Source: Nemertoderma westbladi (lineage: Eukaryota > Animalia > Xenacoelomorpha). From it: a DNA stretch of 32,181 nucleotides. The notes beneath the pieces are model-generated. The model saw only the letters and a list, made by a program, of their open reading frames with translations. It had not been told where the DNA came from and ran no database searches. The stretch covers positions 1 through 32,181 of the forward strand of contig JAUCBJ010001081.1 of NCBI GenBank assembly GCA_032718475.1. Direction: 5' to 3'. A program made the translations under genes and the position numbers. Below, piece after piece: positions 19,998 to 30,485 of this stretch (positions are counted from its first letter, which is position 1; every line of letters begins with the position of its first letter).

Positions 19998-22260
19998 TTT
20001 TCGCTATTAATAGTAAGTATGTTAAATCAATATCGCTATATGTTCCCTATAACATTTACCAGTATACAGTATATTAGCAGGCCATGATATTAGTATGTAA
20101 TCTACAACAGTACCATGTAGAGCAATGTGTATAAACATATGTATGTATCACTTTGTGTAAGTTGTTTTCTGGCATTTGGTATGGTTTTGGCGTGGATATA
20201 CTATCTGTAATTTTGATAAACTCTAGGTGGCGCCTTTTCTTATTAAGATGAAGTTCAATAATTATTAGCCAGCTAGTTTAAGTTTGACTTTATGCCACAT
20301 ACTCTCATTTACATACTTCATACCAACATTTTTAGGGGTAGTACAGGTGTAGGTAGATACATAGCCTCAATTTATATATTTTAACAGTTTAACGTTTATG
20401 GAATTTTATATTTAGTCTGAACAGGTACAATAAGCTTATGCTTCCTTTGCCTTAATATTAAACATTAAACATATAACTACAATAATATATTCAATGTAAA
20501 TAAAGTAGCACTGTATTTCACGCCGGATCGACTGTATGAAAGTCCCGCCCGCGGTGGTACCGGTAACGACATCTTGTGCTGTCTGCATCTATAATGAATG
20601 ACTTACTGATAGGCCTACATCAGTGTGGACGTAGATTGCGTTCTGACATGATATTGTTACTTTATTTCACGCAATAAATATAGGCCTCTTTATAGTCCCC
20701 ATAACCCATTATTGAATTTACTTTATTTCACTTTAAACATTAAAAAATATATATATTTAGGATTATAATTTTTAGCTCACTAGTAATTTTATTGCGTTAA
20801 TATTAATAGGTTAATAACGTGATAATGACATTATTGTATATAAAAAGTACAAGTACTGTACTATCACAAGCGCAACAAACTCTAGGTACAAAGCACTTAT
20901 TAACGGATGTTTATTTGTTATTGTAGGAGATGTTGTCTATAATAAGCCAACGCTTACAAGCGAGTGTTCACGATTGGGTACTGGTTCAAGCGTGGGGTAT
21001 TCTGTGGAATATAACGGATGCGACTGGAGATAATTGTTGTGAATTTATTTCACTGGGTGCGTATCGATAAGAAATACTGTACTGAAAGTACCTACAGTAT
21101 GTGCTGTAAGTACATCTGTACTGTACTGTACTGTACTGTAAGTACCTCTGCCCCTCTTTGCACAAGACAATGCTTAACTATTATAAAAAACCATCTGTTC
21201 GCGCTTTTAGACCTTTAGCAGTTTAACCTGCCAATTTTAATTGTCCTTTTGTATATCAATTATTTAATGTACTGAAGGTACATCAGCCGAAGCCAGCCTG
21301 TGCGCGACCATTCACCCACAGTTAAGGGAGACTGGATTCGGATGCTTTGATAGTGATTGCGGTATAGACCTACTGTATTATTCGATTGATCGTTACTATA
21401 CAATCTCTGACAATATATTCACCTTCGGGGAAATATTAACAGTTCCTTTAGGACGTGGCGCTTTAAGTATAAAACAGAGTTATGACTTATACTACTCACA
21501 ACTGGATGGCTACTGAGTTTCGTAAAAAGCGCATTCTTTAGGAGATGCTTTATTAACCTTCACACTACTTCACACGACTTCACACTAGTTCACACTACTG
21601 CGCACTGATCTGCCGACCGTCACTGAATTTGATCATATATAAGGAGGATCGCAACTGACACATGTAGGGATTATGAAATAGCATTCAATTCACACAAAAA
21701 CCACTATAATGTAAGTCGCAGTTGCTACCGGTAAACCTGTTCCCCTAACCTTTAGTAATCAAAGAGATTGAGGGTTTTATGATTATTCATCGGTATTCTC
21801 CAAATATATCAGCAATATATACCAACATAACACAGTAACACCAATTAATAACAGAATCAAATAATGCGGTGAACAGTCAGTATGTGTAGTTGAATCGCGT
21901 TGCGTAGTGCCGCGGTGTGGCGATTCAGATATGAAGTATGATTCAGCAATGATTCAGTAGTTGAATTGTTAATAGTTTTACGTTCTTTTAATCAAAGCCA
22001 TCTGATGTTTCTGATGTTTAGGCCAAAGTCTGAAACTTCCACAGAAGTACAAAAGAATCCTAAGCCGGTGTTCTGGGCTTAGAAAGATACACACTGACTG
22101 AATTGCGTGAGTTTCTGTAGGCACTGTCCAACACAAAGTGAAAATCGCTCTGATTGGCTGAGCCGAACAAAGAACAAAGAGAGATTCAGGTTCCGCGTTG
22201 GCAGTAAATCAGCTGACAGATTGCTTCATCTGAGTCATCTTTTAGAGTATTAAGCGAATT

Positions 22261-22398
22261 GCGGCAGAATGGCTAGTTATGTCCGCTAAAGCACACATAC
22301 AGACATAACGGGTAAAAATGGCTTGTTATGTCCGCTAAAAGCACCTACACAGTACATTGCGGAGAAAATGACTGGTTATATCCGCAAAAGCTTTTACA
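22261..22398. repeat. About 50-bp tandem repeat x3 at the inner end of the left arm
   Basis: gcgg(ag)aaaatggcttgttatgtccgctaaaagcacc.. units; also present, inverted, at 25059-25146 and 26521-26582. Confidence 0.8.
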
Positions 22399-22476
22399 CC
22401 GCTTCCAGAAAATGGGATTTAATTCTATAAAATATAAAAAATCACAGTTTCTAAAATATAAAAATACTCTAAAAAG

Positions 22477-24025
22477 TTAGTCCTTTTTACGCGAACGGCG
22501 TTTACGCAGTTTTTTGAGGCTAGCAAGAGTCCTTTTCTCTTTGGGGCGAGCCACTTTACTAGGAGGGCTATAACTCCTGGGTGAAGGGTGCAATACAATT
22601 GCATCGGAAGGTTTAGGATGACGGTCAGTGTATCCGCCGGTCGAGGTACTCGGTTGATCGGTATCAACCTCAGTGGAACGAGGTTGAACAACCTTCAGAG
22701 CGCGTTTCAAGACAGCAGCTCTTACTGGTCCCTGACGATTCGTCTGCACAAGAGCGGTAGGTGGACCGTGTGTAGTGAGAAATTTCCTCGGTTTGATGGT
22801 TCTTTCCGACTTGCGTTCTCGGGCTCTGTCGAAATCGATATGCTTCTCCTCGAGCTGATTTTCCTCCGCTTGTCGTTGGAAGCATTCGTCTAAAACTCGT
22901 TTAGAGAGTAGGGTCATCCAAGTTCGATATCTTCTTAGAGATTCTGGATTTCCCGATCGAACTGATATAAAGCTAATTCGTTTACCGCTTGGACTTGTTG
23001 CTGCAATTTACGTTTTTCTAAGCAATCGTAGGTTCCTTTTCCGATCTTTTATCGAATAGTGTCTAACGCGTGCGTACAATTTTCTCCTCCACTTCGGTGA
23101 CAGATTATATCGGGTTAAACAGGGACGATTATACGGTTGAATGGCGATATTAGGTGTCCGCGTCCCAATCCAGCTAGGTAAGATGGGCGAATATCTAGGG
23201 AGCCCACAACCGGAGTGCAACCGACTAATTGTTCGGGTAACACTAGATCTTTGAACAGTGAGTGCAGTTCAGGAGGATCCGTCATACTATTAGGATCAAG
23301 AGTCTGAGGTCTCACCAGGGAATGAGGAGGTCTGACCGAGTATTCCGGAACTCCGATCATGGGTTTATTTAAGGATCGTTTGAGTCGAGCGAGCGTAGGT
23401 GATACATCGAACAAGTTTCGCTCGAAACCCCCGTAAATATAGCGAGTAAAACTGTGTTTAGCGCAACGTCTCCGCGGATGTTTGTCTTTCCGTTTGTTGG
23501 TTGGGTCTAGGGCATTCATCGTAATAATACCAAAGACGCACGTCTTGTAGGGGAAACGCTGGTGATCTTTCTCCAGTTTTACAACGTCTCTCTCAAGAAT
23601 TCCAAATATACGTAGAAGTCACTGCGTTTATCCGGTTCTTTAACGTCTTCTCTTTCGAGTTGGTTTCGAATAGAATTTTCGTGTTCGATTCTCAGTTTAT
23701 TGTTCCGACTCCGCTGGGTATGATATTTAAATAGGATAATTTCCCTTTCGGTGTCGACATCGTCCGTATCATGTAAATCGATAGGATGACCAGTAGTTAA
23801 GAAGTCCATATACGTACCATTACGATGCGTATAGCGAGCGGTGAATTTTCTATAGTCCAATTCACGCGTGAGTTGTTCCTTTGACATTGGCGGTTCGATA
23901 TAACGGCCATTGTCCTCCGTAGTAGGTTGACTAACATCGCCGCGTATTAAACTATCAACAAACGCTTGCAATGGTGGGGTATATCGCTCCCTGATACCAA
24001 GATCATCTTCTATCAACTCAGTCAT
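22477..24025 (-). pseudogene. Frameshifted gene of unknown function (roughly 500 codons) inside the TIR element
   Basis: Four consecutive minus-strand ORF pieces. A frameshift in the AG run near 23590 joins ...YLEFLR to DVVKLEKDHQRFPYKTCVFGIITMNALDP; 23008..23220 is in frame with 22477..22917 across one stop; basic C-terminus LKKLRKRRSRKKD. Confidence 0.5.
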
Positions 24026-25146
24026 AGCAGCTATATGAGTTTATCGATATTATAATTAATCATAATTAGGCTAGCGGTCGTTGCTGCCTACCCCTCACAG
24101 CCCCTGGACAGTGCAAGATCCTCAGTGCTGATGTACTGTCGCCGCTGCGTCTATCGCCAACATAGTAGCTACACAACGACAACAACAACCAGCGAGAGTC
24201 ACTCCACTGTCCGTCCCAAGGGCTTAGATTTACTTCAGGTTCTTACTGGAGAGTTAGGGCTACTTTCACAATTGCGACTCGCTACTGTAAACACACTTTA
24301 GTAGTAACATTCACCTATAAACGCACAAATTCCACACAATTGTCACAAATTGTACACATTCGGGCCATTTGTCCGTTAGTCAAGTGCCTTCCAGAATGCC
24401 ACGTTATTATTATGTATCCTTGGATACTATCAGTGTGCTATTTATTCCTTATGCTATTCAATGAGGCAAGCCTTTATTGTTCTTTTAACTCACTTCTAAT
24501 TCTAGCGTGGTTGTTGCCATGGTGACATTATGGAAAGCTAGCAGTAGAATTAGGGTAATTCTCATGCATACAGATCTGGGATGCTATTTAATAGTAATTC
24601 TTTAATTGTCAATATTCCTCTTTATACATGATTTTATGAATTTTATCGGCTATTGACTATATATTGGAGATTCTCGCACACTAATATACTTAATAGGGTG
24701 AATCTCCGCTCCCATGATCTATTAATTAATGGAATTTTGGGAATGTTATAAATTGTATAAAATGACAATTTATCAAATTCATTAAAAGAGATGAATTTAA
24801 ATTTATTCCCGTAAATTTTATTATTTATCCTTAAAAACAGACATAATTTTATTCTAGAGCATGTCTGGGGACTAGACATCTGCCGAAGCCAGGTTCGGCA
24901 GATGTAAATTCAGTACACCAGGTAATTGGTACGGGCAAAGTCGATTCATAATCAAAAGGACATTTAAAATTGGCAGGTTAAACTGCTAAAGGTCTAAAAG
25001 CGCGAACACTTACAGTACATAGGTACTTACAGTACAGAGGTACTTACAGTACAGATGTTGTAAAAGCTTTTGCGGATATAACCAGTCATTTTTCTCCGCA
25101 ATGAACTGTTTAGTTGTTTTAGCGGACATAACAAGCCATTCTCTCC

Positions 25147-26520
25147 ACTACTAGGATCGGCATGCTGCATTGCAGCTGCATTTTTAAGAATGCTGTGCCG
25201 GCTTGTCAACAAAATTGCACCGCCACAACTCCCTATCACCCATGACATTTGCTAGATCATCCACATCTTTAAGGCCAGTGTCCTTTAAGATGCGTCTCAA
25301 GAAAGTCATGGGCTGTCCACCATGCTTATTCACTCCATGAGGCTGCCAAAGTACAAGATTATGCACTGGTTGGTCCTCACGGCGAAAGCAATGTCCTGCA
25401 AAGCAGAGGCGATTTTGTTCTAGTGTCAAGCTTGGGGGAACCAATGAGACACCTCCAATGTTATATAGTGTCTGGTTGGAGATGTGTGCATTGTACTTGA
25501 CACAATGAACCCGACGTAGCATTCTTGTAAATGTACCATCCAGAGATTTGGTGTCCTCAGCAGTTAGAGCCCAGCATGGACTCCCGTAGAGGAGTACTGG
25601 AACTACTGCTGCTCTAAATAATCGGACCTTAAGTTTCCGATTAATTCTCGGTGACTTCCAAATCCTGGAAAGCCTATTCAAGGCTGCCCATGCCTTTCCC
25701 TTACGTATTCGAAGGTCCTCACCTGACTTCCGGATCCATGATCCCAGGTAACAGAAGTCGTCCACATGCTCAAGCATACCATCCTTTGAGCTTATGCTCA
25801 TCCGATCAGAGACTTGCTGAGGACTTTCAAAGTTAACGGTCAGAATTTTGGTCTTTCTTGAGTTAATAAAAAGACCAACACTAGAAGCAGCATGTTCTAA
25901 TGAGCTGAGGAGCCGTTGGGCTCCCTCTAATGATTTCGAGAGTACTCCTAAGTCATCAGCAAAGTCTAGATCAGTTAGGTACTTGGCAGGATTTCCTCGA
26001 CTTCTGGAGCCAGTAGGTGGAGTTATCATCACCCCATCATCATTATGATGATCTAAGGACATGCGTAGAACATAGTCAACCACAATAATGAACAAGAATG
26101 GTGCAAGTGTGTCTCCTTGGAGGACACCCCATAACACTTCAAATGGTTCTGTGTCACCGTCAACAGTAGACACAAATGTTGTCGAACCATCGTATACTGA
26201 TCTGATTGCTGCAATAATTTCATCAGGAATCCCATATAATGAAAGTATGCTGAACATACGTGAGCGAGAGACTGAATCAAAGGCCTTGAAGAAGTCAACA
26301 AAGATAACAGCCAGATGCCTGTCTTTCTTTTTTGATAATTCTTCAATTATCCTTCTAAGTGCCAAAATGGGCTCCATGGTCCCACGACCTTTACGGAACC
26401 CATTCTGATTTCCACGGAGCAGTCTCTCAATGGGATCCCTGATGCGATTTAATAGAATCCTATTGTATAGCTTTGCAGCAATCGAGATCAATGAGATTCC
26501 CCGAAAAGAACCATAGAGTG
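25147..26520 (-). mobile_element. 5'-truncated RTE-clade LINE
   Basis: RT-only fragment, short TAGTAGT tail, imperfect 8-bp TSD ttctctcc (25139-25146) / ttttctcc (26521-26528). Confidence 0.85.
25184..26506 (-). CDS. RTE-type reverse transcriptase (no start, endonuclease missing)
   Basis: FRGISLISIAAKLYNRILLNRI, QNGFRKGRGT, FVDFFKAFDSV, GVLQGDTLAPFLF, DFADD, FCYLGS, LLYGS; the first ~28 aa of the track ORF come from flanking DNA. Confidence 0.92.
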   Translation of the reverse strand, partial: FRGISLISIAAKLYNRILLNRIRDPIERLLRGNQNGFRKGRGTMEPILALRRIIEELSKKKDRHLAVIFVDFFKAFDSVSRSRMFSILSLYGIPDEIIAAIRSVYDGSTTFVSTVDGDTEPFEVLWGVLQGDTLAPFLFIIVVDYVLRMSLDHHNDDGVMITPPTGSRSRGNPAKYLTDLDFADDLGVLSKSLEGAQRLLSSLEHAASSVGLFINSRKTKILTVNFESPQQVSDRMSISSKDGMLEHVDDFCYLGSWIRKSGEDLRIRKGKAWAALNRLSRIWKSPRINRKLKVRLFRAAVVPVLLYGSPCWALTAEDTKSLDGTFTRMLRRVHCVKYNAHISNQTLYNIGGVSLVPPSLTLEQNRLCFAGHCFRREDQPVHNLVLWQPHGVNKHGGQPMTFLRRILKDTGLKDVDDLANVMGDRELWRCNFVDKPAQHS

Positions 26521-29199
26521 TTTTCTCCGCAATGTACCCTGTAGGTGTTTCAGCGGACATAACAAGCCATTTTATGCCGCAATACGCCAAATACTCTAAA
26601 TAGAGTGTAGTTCAGATGACGACATCTGTCAGCAGATTTACTGCCAGCGTGGAGCTTTTCTTTGTTCTTTGTTCTGCTCGGCCAATCAGAGCGATTTTCA
26701 CTTTGTGTTGGACAGTGCCTACAGAAACCCACGCAATTCAGTCAGTGTGTATCTTTTCTAAGCCCAGAACACCAGCTTAGGATTCTTCTGTACTTCTGTG
26801 TTAGAAGTTTCAGACTTTGGCCAACATTAGACGGCTTTGATTACAAGAACGTAAATCTATTATCTGCAGTCTGCACTGACTGAACAACTTTGATACTGCA
26901 CCTACCAACTGTGGTACCGGTATTACCGATACTGGCTGAATATCACCGCATTATTGTACTTCTGTTTACTGTCTGTTATTAATGGTTATATGTTGATGGA
27001 TATGTTGTTATATTTGGAGAATATCGATAAATAATCACAAAACCCCAATCTTCTTGATTACTAAAGGTTAGAGGGACCGGTTACCGGTAGCAACTGCAAC
27101 TTAAATTACATTGGTTTTAGTGTGCAGTAAATGCTATTTCATAATCCCTACATGTGTCAGTGGCTATCCTCCTTATATATGATCAAATTCAGTGACGGTC
27201 GGCAGATCAGTGTGCAGCAGTGTGAAATTGTATGCAGCAGTGTGACAGATAATAAAGCATCTCCTAAAGAATGTGCTATTTACGAAAATCATTAGCCATC
27301 TCATTGTGTTTAGTATAAGTCATAACTCTGTTTTATACTTAAAGCGCCACGTCCTAAAGGAACTGTTAATATTTCCCTGAAAGTGAATAATATTGTCAGA
27401 GATTATATAGTAACAATCAATCGAATAATACAGTAGGTCTGCAACGCAATAAGGTCAAAGCATCTGAATCCAGTCTCCCTTAACTGTGGGTGAATGATCG
27501 CGCATAGACTGGCTTCGGCTAATGTTACTTCATGTGCATTAAATAATTGTTATAGGCAAAATTCGATTTATAAACAAGAGGACACCTAAAATTGGCAGGT
27601 TAAACTGCTAAAGGTCTGAAAGCGTGAACAATAATAGATTTTTAGATTCTTTATTGCACAGTAGGCAATAAAGTCGAAGGTACCGGTCGAACGGTAAGCT
27701 GTAGGCCTAACTACCCAACTGCCCGAACCGGTACTTATAGGTACAATAGTATTATTCGATTTTGATAATTATATACCGGTAGGTCTTGATATTTAATCAG
27801 GGACGGCCGCCCTGGTTTTTTATTGAGATTTTACTTATTTCTGTCAGTTTTATTTATGTAAGTGTAATATTGAGCAGAAGGCGTGTAAGCCTGCTCAGAT
27901 TGTATAAATAATTTGTAGGCTGGATTGTTGTCTGGCTGTTGTTAAGTCTGAAGAGATTGCAGTGTGTGTAGAGTGTATGTCCAATAAAGTACTAGTTAGG
28001 AAGGTGGAGGCATCCAGTGCTGTAAGGTAAATCCCCCCCGAAAGAATAAGTCGTACTACTCGGTTATAACGCATACTAACTAACCATTTCGGAGTCTGCA
28101 TATACTGTAGTTTATTTAGGCTTGATAGTAGTCTGCCAGCGTTTGGTTTGTATTTTGTTTGTGTAGTCTGCACGGGTAGCGTAATATTTATTATTCAGAG
28201 TCTATGCGAGTATTCGCAACATACATAACTCCCTAAGTTTATTCATACAGTAATTGTGCTTGTTATACATACTGTTATAGTTAAATTAACCCCGGTGCTA
28301 CATCAGGGCTGCTTGGCGTAGGTAAAGACTGATGATTTTATGCTCTAGTCACTCCAGCAGATACCGTGGTTCTTTTAGCTGTACAAGTATTTTTAACTGC
28401 TGGTTATTTGTTGTATAAGTACTTGTACCTAATTTAGGGTTTAGTGTACAATACTTTCCGAAGGTAATTAGTGTGTAGGCGGTATATTTGTGTTGTAAAG
28501 TGGTTAATAGGCACGTTAGCTCTGGTTGGCTGCGGTAATTAACTTCTAGGTAAGAACACTCCGGGTACATAACGTAGTACTTATAGAGCTGTACAGCTAA
28601 AGACTATAAGTCGTCAGACGGTGGTATTTTCTTATCTGGACAACGCAATTTATTTACTACTGCTTAATTATTTTCAAATACCGTAGTATCCTGTCCGTTG
28701 TAATAACCAGAAATTCTAACCCCTTGTTAGGCTGGTTTGTAAATTTCCTGTAAAATTACCCTAAAATTTGTACGTGTAATTTTTGTGTTTATTTAGAGAT
28801 TGTAATCTTACCCTGTAATTGTACGTAATTTGTAGTAATAAGTAACTTAGTCTAATAAGTAACTTAGTCAAGTAGAATTATTTGTTTTAGTGTCCAACAA
28901 GTAGCACTCCACTGAGAGCGTTCAGCTTCGGTGTAGTGACTCCTTACCAGAAATAATAACATTTATTTCAAATATTGTCAAAACCCATTATAAGGGTATA
29001 TATATATTATAAATCAACTCAAACCGATTTATAAAATAGTAGGCCTGTCATACATCAATTAGGTCTTAATATCAGTTGGACTACTGCTTAATAACCGTAA
29101 TAAAGTAAAGGAAAGTAACCCTAAAATTCAGAAATTCAGTTATTATAAAATAATTGACATACCGGTATTTACTTATTATTAAAACTTACTTATTATATT

Positions 29200-29424
29200 T
29201 ATTTATATAAATTTATGCTGAAATTATATACCGGTATTCTGTAATTAATTCTAGTCTATAATTATACTTATATATACTATAAGTGTAAGCTGTATACCGG
29301 TATTCACGGTAGGCTTATTATATATTTATATATATTTGTGCTGAAATTATATACCGGTATTCTGTGACAAACCCTAGTCTGTAATAATACTTATATATAT
29401 ACTGTAAGTGTATACCGGTATTCT
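29200..29424. repeat. Diverged ~123-bp AT-rich tandem duplication with TACCGGTA motifs
   Basis: tgctgaaattatataccggtattctgt...ctagtct...tacttatatata...tgtataccggtattc starting at 29216 and 29339. Confidence 0.8.
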
Positions 29425-29940
29425 AATATATTATATATATATCGCGTTACATTGAGTAACGGTATCGGTAATTAATTACTAGGCTTACAGTTGATACTGA
29501 ATTACTAGACTTGCTTTAACTGTCGTTATAGTAGTAGGCATTCAACTGTACAATCAAACATGGCTGACACAAAGCAAACTCTGTCAGATAGTCTCCTAGA
29601 AAAAACAGTCTGCGACTCCGACAGGAGTGCCGAATGTTCCCGACTATAGTCAGTATTTCATCGTACAGTATGGCCCAAAATTCTTATCACCTGTTATTGC
29701 CGTAGAAATTCCATTTTATTGAGTGAGAATGTCATGACGTCATAACATGACGTCACAAAGTAAAAGGATAGTGTATCTTGCATGAAGGCTTGCTCGCCTC
29801 ATGTTCACGAGAGAATTATCATATCCTATAATGAGTGAGTGAATATTAGAACCATTTAAAGTGAAAGGTCACATTGAGTGAGAGGCAACAATGGAAGTGT
29901 AAGGCATCCTCTGGGATTTACCCTCACCTGTGTATATTGG

Positions 29941-30414
29941 TGTATAACGTATTATATTTTGGCCCCATTTTCTATGGCCTATTGTTGTTTGGTAAACCAA
30001 TCCCAGATGGCTTTCCTTCCATTCATATATGACGAGAGCAGGATGACATTAGATTCATTCTGTCGATATAACTTTGTAGAAACGTTACATAGTTTTCACC
30101 GTTCTTTCGTTCGTTTGTTTGTTGTTTGATTCGACTTGTTTCACGAACTGAACTTTTTGTACTCTATTCAGTGACCTATTGGTCACTGAACTTAACTATT
30201 ATTGTTCTAATTGAACTGAACGTACAGTGCATTTGTACTGTACGTGTTATAAGTCATTTGTTTGAAGGAAGGGAGCGTCATCATATGATTGTGCACTGGT
30301 GCCGTTTATACATATTGAACATTAAAGTAACTAGGACTTGAACTGAGTTTTCTTGACGAACGAAACGGACGCGTAGAAACGACGTTCTTAGAGGGAAAGA
30401 ATATCGACGGAACA
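29941..30414 (+). repeat. Possible 5' LTR of the BEL/Pao-like fragment (boundaries uncertain)
   Basis: TGT start, ATTAAA at 30321, ACA end about 70 bp before the ORF; no second LTR in the window to confirm. Confidence 0.3.
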
Positions 30415-30485
30415 AAGTGAAAACTATCTCGTTGAAAACAACAACGTGTAGCCGAATTAACGAACTTGAATAGATTTGATCTTCA

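Larger units (their letters stand above)
21196..25008. mobile_element. TIR-bounded element (TGT...ACA termini, TIR about 95-115 bp) with no recognisable transposase
   Basis: tgttcgcgcttttagacctttagcagtttaacctgccaattttaa at 21196 is inverted at 24964-25008; similarity extends to 21291 / 24894 with one indel; no TSD found. Confidence 0.7.
25059..27630 (-). mobile_element. Diverged inverted copy of the element's ~1.2-kb left arm, interrupted by an RTE fragment
   Basis: 27630 to 26521 plus 25146 to 25059 align colinearly with 21196 to 22398 (shared blocks such as cattcacccacagttaagggagactggattc and tgatctgccgaccgtcactgaatttgatcatatataaggaggat). Confidence 0.85.

Noticed and set aside
19998-21010. 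HIF response elements (RCGTG) upstream of EGLN
   Set aside because: Five-base matches at about chance frequency; cannot be supported without conservation data
26507-26590. N-terminus of the 468-aa RT ORF
   Set aside because: Derived from the flanking repeat arm and junction, not from the RTE
29735-29755. Paired TGACGTCA (CRE) sites as a promoter
   Set aside because: Real 13-bp-spaced duplication but no linked gene start; function unsupported
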